A stretch of DNA of 64,000 bases, taken from Blastocatellia bacterium (lineage in GTDB: Bacteria > Acidobacteriota > Blastocatellia > RBC074). The notes below the pieces were generated by a model. That model was not told the DNA's origin. It was given only the letters and a program-made list of their open reading frames with translations, and ran no database searches. Within the stretch, counting starts at the first letter, position 1; every line of letters starts with the position of its first letter. The DNA lies in assembly GCA_035275345.1 (NCBI GenBank), contig DATEMY010000364.1, forward strand, positions 642 to 64,641. The letters are read 5' to 3'. Position numbers and translations under genes: made by a program. Below, one piece after another: positions 9,752-18,452 of the stretch.

Positions 9752-10309
9752 CTATCCTAGCTCGCGAAGAAGCCAGAGTTTGGCCAGGGTCAAGTCTCGC
9801 TTGACGGTCCCAAGCGAAACGCTGAGGACTTCGGCTATCTCTTTCAAAGCCAGGCCGCCGAAGAAGTGCAATTCCACCACTCGGCTTTGTCTGGAATGCA
9901 GCGCGGACAGCTTATCCAATGCTATATCAAGATCGACGAGATCCGGGTTGCGTTCGGAAAATACCTCGGCCGCTTCTTCCAACGTGACATGCTTCGCTCC
10001 GGCGCCGCGCTTTAAGGCTTTTTGCTCGAGGGCGTAATCAACCAGAATGCGCCGCATCATCTGGGCCGCCACCCCGAAGAAATGAGCGCGGTTCTGCCAC
10101 TGCACGTTTTGCCAGTCGATCAATCGTAGGTAGGCTTCTTGCAGGAGAGCGGTAGTTTGCAGAATATGGTTGGGGCGTTCCTTCGCCAGGTAACTCTTGG
10201 CCAGGCGGCGCAACTCAGCATGCACCATCGGGGCGAGTTTTTCGAGCGCCTCTCGATCTCCATCGCTCCACGCTACCAGTAGCTTGGTGATCTCGTGTGT
10301 CGTCGACAT
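9752..10309 (-). CDS. ECF-type RNA polymerase sigma factor (Sigma70_ECF / TIGR02999-like, kinase-associated type)
   Basis: ORF 9752..10330 opens with TTG. I prefer the ATG at 10309 (MSTTHEITKLL). Has TTALLQEAYLRLIDW and the C-terminal HTH LSVSLGTVKRDLTLAKLWL. No anti-sigma gene is adjacent. Confidence 0.85.
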   Translation of the reverse strand: MSTTHEITKLLVAWSDGDREALEKLAPMVHAELRRLAKSYLAKERPNHILQTTALLQEAYLRLIDWQNVQWQNRAHFFGVAAQMMRRILVDYALEQKALKRGAGAKHVTLEEAAEVFSERNPDLVDLDIALDKLSALHSRQSRVVELHFFGGLALKEIAEVLSVSLGTVKRDLTLAKLWLLRELG

Positions 10310-10383
10310 TACTAACCATCTCTTAGCCAATTGGCGACCACGGGGACGGCGTTATTTTATCACAGTCGCAGATAGGCGCGTCG

Positions 10384-11214
10384 TTATTTCTGTCCGACGA
10401 TCAGCGTCGCTTTGATCGAAACGTCGAAGTCCATCATGTGGCGGTCTTCATCAATGATCTTTACCGACTGCTCTCGAACCTTACCGCGAGTCTCTTCATC
10501 CGGCAGGATCGCCAACCAGTCGTCGAGGAAGAAGGTTTCGATCAGCGGCGCTTCGAAGAACGCTTTTCCGTCATTGAAATCAAACCGCTCTTTACGCGTC
10601 ACGCTTCGAACGTGGTTCAGGCCGGCGTCAATCGCGATCTGTTCGGCGTCGCTCACAGTCAAGCGCTCGGTGATCAGTCCCTCGAGCTGAGGCGTGTAAT
10701 CGAGCAATCCCAGGTTGTATAAAGATTCCCAGTAGATCGAGAAGAATTCGTCGAAACTGCCGCGGGTCGTCAGCTTCAATACGACAGTAGCGCCACTCTT
10801 CGCGACCCGCGCCAGCTCAGCGAGAGCCGGCCCGATTGCCGCAGGCGGCAGCATCGAAGCGTCGCCGATCACGAGATCGAACTCTCCGTCGTCGAATTTG
10901 AGCGATTGCAGCGAGCCCTCGCGAAATTCCACGCGGTCCACCTTTTTCACCTCGGCCTTGCCGCGCGCCAGAATCAGTTTCTCGGCGCTCGGATCAACGC
11001 CGACGACCTCCGTTTTCGCGCCGCATCTGATCGCCAGATCAATCGCATAACCGCCCGTTCCGCATCCGGCGTCCAGAATCTTTCCTTCCTCAGGCATTCC
11101 GACTTCGTCATCGATCATCTGATCGAAGGCTTCAGTCCATACGGGCGCGACATACAGGTCATGGATGTACGCAATCTCTTTGGCGTCTCTCATTGTGTCG
11201 TCATTCCCTCGCAT
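10384..11214 (-). CDS. Class I SAM-dependent methyltransferase
   Basis: Motif I ILDAGCGTGGYAIDLA. An alternative ATG at 11193 has a better GAGGGA spacer. Confidence 0.8.
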   Translation of the reverse strand: MRGNDDTMRDAKEIAYIHDLYVAPVWTEAFDQMIDDEVGMPEEGKILDAGCGTGGYAIDLAIRCGAKTEVVGVDPSAEKLILARGKAEVKKVDRVEFREGSLQSLKFDDGEFDLVIGDASMLPPAAIGPALAELARVAKSGATVVLKLTTRGSFDEFFSIYWESLYNLGLLDYTPQLEGLITERLTVSDAEQIAIDAGLNHVRSVTRKERFDFNDGKAFFEAPLIETFFLDDWLAILPDEETRGKVREQSVKIIDEDRHMMDFDVSIKATLIVGQK

Positions 11215-11564
11215 AATGGCACGATACTAGCCAATCAATCGCGCAGGCTGCAAGCGCCTGACGGTACGTTTTGACGCTGATCGCGCGTCGCCAAGGCCCC
11301 GTTCAGGCCTCATCGGCATGTCCTCCAATTCAGAAAAAGCAAGCTTCGCTTTCAGATCGGCCTGTGAATTTTTTTGCCGGCCTACAAGTTCCGCGGCGCC
11401 ATTCCCGCATTTAGGAAGTGAGGGGAGCAAGCGGCCCCCCTTAATGGTGGTGGGGCAATTAACGCTCAGCCCAATTCAACCCAACTACAGTAAGGCGCAG
11501 GGGCGGCTTCAGCCGTGGCCCCAAGCGCCTCTCATGCCGCGCAATTTATAAGAGGAGAAAGATT

Positions 11565-13235
11565 ATGCAGAAGATGTGGAAAATTTCGATCATTGCTTTG
11601 GCCTTCATCCTGGCCATTGGTCCCATGTTCAGTTCAGCGCCAGTGGGCGCGCAGGTCGGCTCCAATCAGGCGATCCAGCCTCAAAAGCAGTTGAGCCCGC
11701 AACAACAACAGGCGCTCCGGGCTTTGGGAAGGCGTTTGCAGGAGGTCGAGTTCGACGACCGCGCAGTCCCTTCCTGGCTGAGGGGCGATTTGGGGACGGT
11801 CAATGGGAGTCCTCGTGACGCGGCCGTCGAAGCGATGCGCGCGCTCGGTCCCCTCTTCCGCCGCGGGGCGGACGACGAGTTCGAGATGAGTAAGGAGCCT
11901 GTCCAGGACGAGCTGGGCCAGACGCACGTTCGGTTGCAGCAACGTTACCGCGGACTGCGTGTGGTGAGCGCCAAAATGATCGTGCACCTTCAGGGCGATC
12001 GTGTCATAGGCGTCAACGGCGATTTTATTCCCGAGATTGATCTGGACCCGAGGCCGGGCTTGATCGCCGAGGTCGCGTTTGGCATCGCGCGAAGGAGAAT
12101 GCCGGCGGCGGAGATGGTTGAAATCACCAGGCCCGAGCTGGTGGTTTTTGTCACGGAGGATAAGACGCCTCGCCTGGCCTGGAGCCAGCAAGTGGCCTAT
12201 GAAAGCGCTGACGGCCAGCCGAACAAAGACCTGATCTTCGCCGACGCCGCCACAGGCGACCTGCTGGGGCAGCGCGCGCTCATCTGGACGGCCAAGAACC
12301 GCAAGGTTTATAGCGCCAATCACGGAACCAGTCTGCCGGGTAATCCGCTCTGGCAAGAGGGAGACATTCTCTTTTCGTTCTATAGCGATGCGCTGAAAGG
12401 CGCCGTCAACGGAACGGGAAAGACCTACGATTTTTACAAGAACGTTTTTAACCGGGACTCTTACAACAATGCGGGGGCGGCGCTGATCTCCACCATCCAT
12501 TACGGGAACGACTACAACAACGCGTACTGGGATTCGAGCTTGAAGCAGATGGTCTATGGCGACGGCGACGGAGTGACGTTCAAGCCACTGTCCATCGGGG
12601 TGGATGTCACGGCGCATGAGTTGACCCACGGTGTGACCGACGCGACAGCAGACCTGATCTACGCGAAGGAGTCCGGGGCGCTCAACGAGGCCATCTCCGA
12701 TATCCTCGCCATCGCCACGGAGAATTATTACCCATCTTCCATACAGCCTTTATTCTTCGATTGGCAGATCGGTGAGGACGTCTATACGCCAAACGTGGCG
12801 GGCGATGCGCTCCGCTATATGAACAATCCGACTCTGGACGGATATTCCGCCGACTACTACCCGGACCGCCTTTATCCCGGAACCTGTACGCCCTCGTGGG
12901 GTAACGATTACTGCGGCGTACATGGCAATAGTGGCATCGCCAACCTCGCCTTCTACCTGATGGTCGTCGGCGGACAGCACCCGCAGGGGAAGACCACGAA
13001 TGTGGCGCCCGCCATCGGCATGTCGAAGGCAAGAAAGATCTGGTACCGCGCGCTGACGGTCTATATGGATGAAGATGACAACTTCCAGCAGGCCCGCTCC
13101 AAGACAGTTCAGGCCGCCGCCGACCTGTACGGCGGGAACTGTGGGGACGCAGCCAAGGCGGTTAGGAGCGCGTGGAACGCGGTGGGCGTCACACCTACCA
13201 GTCTCATACTACCCTGCTTAGTCCTTCCTATCTAA
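11565..13235 (+). CDS. Exported M4 (thermolysin-family) metallopeptidase with propeptide
   Basis: AGAGGAGA upstream of the ATG. Signal-like MQKMWKISIIALAFILAIGPMFSSAPVGA. Motifs VTAHELTHGVTD (HExxH) and GALNEAISD. Confidence 0.9.
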   Translation: MQKMWKISIIALAFILAIGPMFSSAPVGAQVGSNQAIQPQKQLSPQQQQALRALGRRLQEVEFDDRAVPSWLRGDLGTVNGSPRDAAVEAMRALGPLFRRGADDEFEMSKEPVQDELGQTHVRLQQRYRGLRVVSAKMIVHLQGDRVIGVNGDFIPEIDLDPRPGLIAEVAFGIARRRMPAAEMVEITRPELVVFVTEDKTPRLAWSQQVAYESADGQPNKDLIFADAATGDLLGQRALIWTAKNRKVYSANHGTSLPGNPLWQEGDILFSFYSDALKGAVNGTGKTYDFYKNVFNRDSYNNAGAALISTIHYGNDYNNAYWDSSLKQMVYGDGDGVTFKPLSIGVDVTAHELTHGVTDATADLIYAKESGALNEAISDILAIATENYYPSSIQPLFFDWQIGEDVYTPNVAGDALRYMNNPTLDGYSADYYPDRLYPGTCTPSWGNDYCGVHGNSGIANLAFYLMVVGGQHPQGKTTNVAPAIGMSKARKIWYRALTVYMDEDDNFQQARSKTVQAAADLYGGNCGDAAKAVRSAWNAVGVTPTSLILPCLVLPI

Positions 13236-13259
13236 ATTTGAAAGACGATTGAGATAGTT

Positions 13260-13299
13260 TCGCCCCTTGCCACAGCTTACCGGCGAGGGGCGAGTTTTT
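13260..13299 (+). terminator. Rho-independent terminator after the M4 peptidase gene
   Basis: TCGCCCCT (13260-13267) pairs with AGGGGCGA (13286-13293), followed by GTTTTT. Confidence 0.6.
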
Positions 13300-13473
13300 C
13301 TCCAGCCGTGATCGGCGACCGATGCCGCTCCCCACCATACAATTTTTATTGAAATACTTGATCTAGATCAATGACGGTCCAATATGATTCAGCTATTAAA
13401 GAAGGCGTTGGTTCTCAATTGTTCTTTCACTACACAAATATTCCCAAACTTACAACAAAAAAAGGAGGTTTCT

Positions 13474-13725
13474 ATGAAGAAAGATACAGCTCTTTCTGTG
13501 GCGATGCCCACAATTAAGATAATTACCCTGGGGATGCTTATGTGGGGCGCTAACGTTTTGTCTACCGAAGCAACTGCTGGATCCGCATGTTATACCTGCA
13601 GTACGGTTGGAGGGGCATACAACTGTGTGGAGCCAAACCCCGGTGGGTCTGGGTATTCCGCATGCGCTGAATGGCATGAGTCAGGTAGTTGTATTCTTAG
13701 CGGAACGAGTTGCACGGCGAGCTGA
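13474..13725 (+). CDS. Small exported cysteine-rich peptide (83-aa precursor, predicted 48-aa mature part with 6 Cys)
   Basis: AAGGAGG at 13462-13468, ATG at 13474. Sec-type leader MKKDTALSVAMPTIKIITLGMLMWGANVLSTEATA. Remainder GSACYTCSTVGGAYNCVEPNPGGSGYSACAEWHESGSCILSGTSCTAS. Lies in the low-GC island. Confidence 0.65.
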   Translation: MKKDTALSVAMPTIKIITLGMLMWGANVLSTEATAGSACYTCSTVGGAYNCVEPNPGGSGYSACAEWHESGSCILSGTSCTAS

Positions 13726-13901
13726 GCTAAAGTAGCTGCCCGCTCAAAAGGCGTTCTTGGGTAAGTTACATTTATGGCTCAAGAGGCGATTAAGCGTTTC
13801 GCTTCTCTACAGTACAAAAAATGATGTTGGACTGTGGTCATAGCTAATCAGGTCATCGTGCGATTTGACTTTCTGTCGCCAAACTGAAAGGAGATCACAC
13901 G

Positions 13902-14540
13902 ATGACCGGCGTTCGCTTGCTTGAGCGAACGATTATACTGTCACATTTCGCTGCTGCGGTAGAACCGGCATTTACACATGATGGCTCATCATCGAAAGGA
14001 TATTGTATGCATGATATTGCTAAGAAGCTTAATGCACTCGCAAACATTACAATTATTATAGTTGGGGTGATAATAGTCGCCCTTTTAGTTAAACGGCAGT
14101 TCTTCAGTGAGCCACTATTCTCAACTAATAATTTCCAGATTGGAAAAAGAGTTCCGCTGGAGGAAATAACGTGGGATCAAAATGACCAAACACTATTTCT
14201 CGTAATCACGGAAAAATGTCATTTTTGTACAAGCGGTATGCCCTTTTATCGTCAATTGGCAGAGATGCGAAACGGCCAAAATAAGTTTAAACTAGTTGTA
14301 ATTACAACGGGCAGGGGTGATGAAGGAAAGAGATATGTTAATAGTTTAGGCATAACGATTGATGAGATAAAACAAGTGACGGATAAAACAATTGGGATTG
14401 TACGAGTGCCATCTATAATACTTGCCAACAGCAGTGGTATCGTAACAGATATCTGGACCGGGAAGTTGACTTCTGTTCAGGAGACGGAAGTATTGGATAG
14501 ATTGAAAGGCGTTGGCCATTTGGTCACACAACACCCGTAA
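13902..14540 (+). CDS. Membrane-anchored thioredoxin-fold thiol:disulfide oxidoreductase (TlpA/ResA-like, CHFC active site)
   Basis: GAAAGGAG 7 nt before the ATG at 13902 (alternative ATG at 14007 gives MHDIAKK...). TM anchor ITIIIVGVIIVALLV. CxxC context FLVITEKCHFCTSGMPFY. Confidence 0.7.
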   Translation: MTGVRLLERTIILSHFAAAVEPAFTHDGSSSKGYCMHDIAKKLNALANITIIIVGVIIVALLVKRQFFSEPLFSTNNFQIGKRVPLEEITWDQNDQTLFLVITEKCHFCTSGMPFYRQLAEMRNGQNKFKLVVITTGRGDEGKRYVNSLGITIDEIKQVTDKTIGIVRVPSIILANSSGIVTDIWTGKLTSVQETEVLDRLKGVGHLVTQHP

Positions 14541-14564
14541 ATGGTACAATTGTAGACCGCAATA

Positions 14565-16505
14565 ATGAATGGAGACCTAAACATGGAAAAGTTAGCGGCA
14601 GTTTTATTTCTACCTTCCACATCCGACTCAATACACTATAGACCGTATTTAGATTTTGTGGGACCCACAAATTTACTTGAGTGGTTTATTGATAGATTCA
14701 TTTCTGCGAACCCAACCGTTAGTTTGTATGTCCTGGCTCAGGGAGGCGCTGACTTACAGCTCGTGAGCGATAAGGCGCATTATATCAAGACTGATCACAA
14801 AACAAAGCTATTGGCATTTGCGCAGGCAGCTCGTGATATACCTAAACCTTATATAGCATTCCTGACCTTAGGTTTTGGATTCGCCCCAAGAAGCTTATTG
14901 GAATACGCCTATTCACACCACGTATCTTCCGGCAACAACTTTACGCCCATTATAGGGCTACCAAACGGCGTTATCCCCGAGATATACAACTCTGATCTAT
15001 TATTGTCACTCCTAGATCTCAAATTCCCGTTTTTACCACCCGATCCAGTCGTAATTATTGATCGCCTCTCGCAGATTGCCAGCTCTACGGGCGAGACGCC
15101 TATACCTATAAGAGATCAGGTTCTTGATGCGGCGGCTTTGTACAATGTTGATCCGGTTGAACTACCAGAATATGTCCAGCTGGAGTACTCCAGAGATATT
15201 GACGTCGCAAGAAGCGCGATCACTGACTTATCAGCGTTGAATGATGAAGGTGGCATAGATGGTCTTCGTTGCTGGAAACAAGCTGCGTTAGAGGAACGTC
15301 TAAATTTCCGCGGCGGGCTGGCGCGAGGAATTAATATAGAAAACGATTTTAAGAAGAAAACTACGCGACGGCGTGTTCTTTACGTTTCTAATCCTTCGGC
15401 ATTTTCTGGCGCAGAGGGAAGCTTATGTCAGCTAACCTCACGCTTGGATACAGATCGCTACCAACCATTTGCATTAATAGGCCTGAGAGGAGTTTTTTCG
15501 GAGCGCCTAAAATCATTAGGAGTTAGTGTGATATGCCCGGATTGGGATTTTGGGAGTAATACCTTAGATGTTTTTCTGTATCTCATGAATACCGTTCGCA
15601 GGATTCAGCCTGATATTATACACCTTAATGGTATTACAGGAATTCCAATAATGTTTGTGGCAGCCTCATTAGGTATACCCACCATCTTGCATTTACGATT
15701 TACGTCTAAACCAGGGTCAGCAGAACAATTACGGTGCGCTGATAGTTTTATCGCAGTTTCAGAATTCGTCAAGCGAGAAACCGCTAAACTCAATATAGTA
15801 AAAGACTCGATATACGTCGTCAAAAATGGGATAGATACCTGTTATTTTCGCAAGGACATATACAACAAGCTTGAAATGAGACAGGAATTCGGACTCCCGC
15901 TCGACTCAAAGATTGTATTAATGGTAGCTCGCTTTGCGCCATACAAACGACATGACTTAATGTTGAAGGCTGCTGACATTATAAGAAAATTCGTTCCATC
16001 ATTTCATTTAATCATCGTTGGCGAAGCTTTGGGATATCATGAATATTATGAGTCAATTCAACAGGCCAGAGATGATTTAAACTTAAATGACTGCGTAACC
16101 TTCATTGGTTTTCAAGCGGATATAAGAAAGTTAGAGGCTGCGGCTGATGTGTTAGTATCGTGTTCCGATGGCGAGCCGCTTTCACGGTGTATTATCGAAG
16201 CAATGGCCATGGAATTACCGGTAGTCGCCGTGAATTCCGGCGGTACTCCCGAAATCATCGAGGATAAAAAGACTGGTTTTATTGTAGAGAATGGCGCCCA
16301 TGCGAAGTTGGCGGAGCGTTTAATCGAAGTTCTTACTGTGGATGGGCTTTGCGTACAAATGGCGCAGGAGGCTAGAAAATTCGCGGAACGTGAGTTAGAC
16401 GCTAGCATATGCGCTAACCGAACCATGGAGATATATGATTTGACATTGTCGAAGCGGCAAAATCGGCAACAAATAAACGCTCGACCCACTCAGTCGGGAT
16501 GTTGA
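14565..16505 (+). CDS. Two-domain glycosyltransferase: ~270-aa uncharacterised N-terminal domain fused to a GT4 (GT-B) domain
   Basis: C-terminal EPLSRCIIEAMAMELPVVAVNSGGTPEIIEDKKTGFIV (E-x7-E region) and RRVLYVSNPSAFSGAEGS are typical of GT4. The alternative ATG at 14583 has a better GGAGA spacer. Confidence 0.8.
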   Translation: MNGDLNMEKLAAVLFLPSTSDSIHYRPYLDFVGPTNLLEWFIDRFISANPTVSLYVLAQGGADLQLVSDKAHYIKTDHKTKLLAFAQAARDIPKPYIAFLTLGFGFAPRSLLEYAYSHHVSSGNNFTPIIGLPNGVIPEIYNSDLLLSLLDLKFPFLPPDPVVIIDRLSQIASSTGETPIPIRDQVLDAAALYNVDPVELPEYVQLEYSRDIDVARSAITDLSALNDEGGIDGLRCWKQAALEERLNFRGGLARGINIENDFKKKTTRRRVLYVSNPSAFSGAEGSLCQLTSRLDTDRYQPFALIGLRGVFSERLKSLGVSVICPDWDFGSNTLDVFLYLMNTVRRIQPDIIHLNGITGIPIMFVAASLGIPTILHLRFTSKPGSAEQLRCADSFIAVSEFVKRETAKLNIVKDSIYVVKNGIDTCYFRKDIYNKLEMRQEFGLPLDSKIVLMVARFAPYKRHDLMLKAADIIRKFVPSFHLIIVGEALGYHEYYESIQQARDDLNLNDCVTFIGFQADIRKLEAAADVLVSCSDGEPLSRCIIEAMAMELPVVAVNSGGTPEIIEDKKTGFIVENGAHAKLAERLIEVLTVDGLCVQMAQEARKFAERELDASICANRTMEIYDLTLSKRQNRQQINARPTQSGC

Positions 16506-16847
16506 CTCTCAAAGTATCCGGCTTGCAGAAGCCTCACTACCTTTTGGAATGATTCGATCGTCGCGCCCTGTCATTCTGACCATGCCAGGCTCGGCATAGA
16601 GCGCATGCGCATGCGCAGAAGAAAATCTCTCAGCGCCGCCAGCCTCAACCCCGTCAACCGTTTCCGCCACATCACACAATCTCCAGCCGCAGCGATTGCG
16701 CGGCGGCACGTCGATTTCAATACCTAGGGTCGGGCAGGTAAGAAGCCGTCAGTGGCGATTCCGATTCCAGAGCGGCATGCGCCTGCGGCCGGTTGGCTTC
16801 AGACCTGGCCCAAATTTTCAGAACCTTAAGAAAAAGGAGTTAAGACA

Positions 16848-18452
16848 ATGATGAAACCCTTCTCTATATTTCGGCGGTCACGTTGGCAAACGACATCTCT
16901 CGGTTTGCCCCTCGCAATGGCTCTGATCGGCGCGATGGCTCTCGGCCAGGAGGCTGAGCGCCCAAGTCCGAAACAGCGGGCGCAAATGGTTGAGAGAGTT
17001 GATCGCTCGGAGCCGCATCCCATTCAAACCGCGTTTGCTTACCAGGGACAGTTGAAAGAGAGCGGAACGCTGGCGAATGGCGCTTACGACGTTCAGTTTG
17101 CCCTCTACACGGCTCAGGTGGGCGGGAGCGAATTGAAATCCGTCGTCCTTGAAGACGTCACCGTCGTCAACGGACTGTTCACTGTAAAGTTGGATTTCGG
17201 CCGGGCGGCCTTCGACAGCAAAGAGAGCTGGTTGGATGTGTCGGTGCGCGCCGGTCATAGCGTGGACGCGTTCGAGTCGCTGTCGCCCCGCCAGCGGCTG
17301 ATGCCTACGCCCTATGCGATCTTTGCGCAACATGAGCAGTGGAGCTTGATTGGCGTGCTCATCGGGTTCGCCGGCGGTGAAGACAATAACGTGGTCGGAG
17401 CCGGCGCCACTCCGTTCGCCGCCGCGACCGCCACGAAGGAGGCCGACGATCGGCGCTCGAAGAGCTCTGACTCGACAAATCTTCAGGCGTCCCTGGCGGC
17501 GAGCGGCACGCCAAATTTCATCGCCAAATTCGACGGTTCGGGCAGCCCCACCGCCGATTCGATTATGTTTGACGATGGCGCTCGTGTCGCGATCGGGACC
17601 ACGACTCCGCTATCTACTCTTCAAGTGCATGGCCCCGGCGGCGTGGAGCAAGGCCCGGGAGGCAGTTTCGCCACAGCGAGCGTCTTTTCCACGAACTTCC
17701 TCCTTCCTCAAGGCTTTGGGCAACTGGGACTTTTCACGACCGATCCACAGGCGCCTGATATCGGCGGTCAGTTGGTCCTCGGCGGGCAGGACGGTGAAAC
17801 CGATAGAAGAACCTTCGCCGCCATTGCCGGGAGAAAAGAGAATAACATCGCGAGAAATCGAGATGGTTATTTGCAGTTCTCAGTCCGTTCCCAAGAGGGG
17901 CCTCCGTTCCGAGATCTCCAGGAACGGATGCGGATCACGAGCGAAGGTAACGTCGGTATCGGGACGACAATCCCGAGCCGGAAACTGGAGGTGTTCGAGA
18001 GCGTTGATAGTTTCACTACCATGGGCATCAGAAACCCCAATCTCGGCAGCAAGGCGACCGCCGCCATAGCCGTGAATTCGGACGGCGCTCAGGGGTCTTT
18101 TATCTCCCACAGCAGTTCCTACATCGCCCCGCACCGCGCCGACCGCGTCTCCCTCGTGGCCGAAAGTAACGCCGCGGGCGTGGATGTGGTGACTACCCAG
18201 GGGAGCGGCGACATCCGGCTGTTTACTGGCGGATATTCGGACTTCAACGAGCGGATGAGGGTAACCAACGGTGGCGCCGTCGGCGTCGGAACGACCTTGC
18301 CCAAAACCAGGCTTCACGTCGAAGGCGGCAAAATCCTCGTGGGGTCCGCGGGGCAGGGAATCATTCTCAAATCGCCGAATGGCGCAGTCTGTCGCGAGCT
18401 GACCATCAACAATTTAGGGGGGATCACGCTGAACGCCATAGCGTGTCCCTAG
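16848..18452 (+). CDS. Exported repeat protein with phage-tail-fibre-like motifs
   Basis: AAGGAG upstream of the start. Signal-like N-terminus. FAYQGQLKESGTLANGAYDVQFALY...VTVVNGLFTVKLDFG. Recurring xxVGIGTTxPxxKLxV motifs. C-terminal GIILKSPNGAVCRELTINNLGGITLNAIACP. Confidence 0.7.
   Translation: MMKPFSIFRRSRWQTTSLGLPLAMALIGAMALGQEAERPSPKQRAQMVERVDRSEPHPIQTAFAYQGQLKESGTLANGAYDVQFALYTAQVGGSELKSVVLEDVTVVNGLFTVKLDFGRAAFDSKESWLDVSVRAGHSVDAFESLSPRQRLMPTPYAIFAQHEQWSLIGVLIGFAGGEDNNVVGAGATPFAAATATKEADDRRSKSSDSTNLQASLAASGTPNFIAKFDGSGSPTADSIMFDDGARVAIGTTTPLSTLQVHGPGGVEQGPGGSFATASVFSTNFLLPQGFGQLGLFTTDPQAPDIGGQLVLGGQDGETDRRTFAAIAGRKENNIARNRDGYLQFSVRSQEGPPFRDLQERMRITSEGNVGIGTTIPSRKLEVFESVDSFTTMGIRNPNLGSKATAAIAVNSDGAQGSFISHSSSYIAPHRADRVSLVAESNAAGVDVVTTQGSGDIRLFTGGYSDFNERMRVTNGGAVGVGTTLPKTRLHVEGGKILVGSAGQGIILKSPNGAVCRELTINNLGGITLNAIACP

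Noticed and set aside
11634-12629. Large antisense or alternative-frame ORFs inside confident genes: 11634..12629 (-), 17350..18069 (+), 20316..21098 (+), 28255..29118 (-), 37519..38352 (-), 48151..48951 (-), 56922..58058 (+), 61308..62528 (-)
   Set aside because: These are typical high-GC shadow ORFs. They are Arg/Ala/Gly-rich, carry no motifs and are fully nested in genes with clear family signatures on the other strand or frame.
13474-16505. Calling the island cassette a canonical glycocin (sublancin-type) gene cluster
   Set aside because: The transferase is GT4-like rather than SunS-like. The peptide leader looks Sec-type rather than double-glycine. No ABC transporter/peptidase or immunity gene is present. 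I kept it only as an analogy in the finding.
16575-16590. 14-nt match GCCAGGCTCGGCAT shared between about 16.58 kb and about 18.62 kb, as possible island boundaries or att sites
   Set aside because: A rough expectation for a 64-kb window, counting both strands, is several chance 14-mers. The positions do not bracket the low-GC island.
16509-16847. Possible small RNA, tRNA or ORF (16509..16709, 66 aa) in the gap after the island
   Set aside because: I could fold no cloverleaf or conserved RNA motif by eye. The ORF has no SD and nonsense-like composition. The region is left unannotated.
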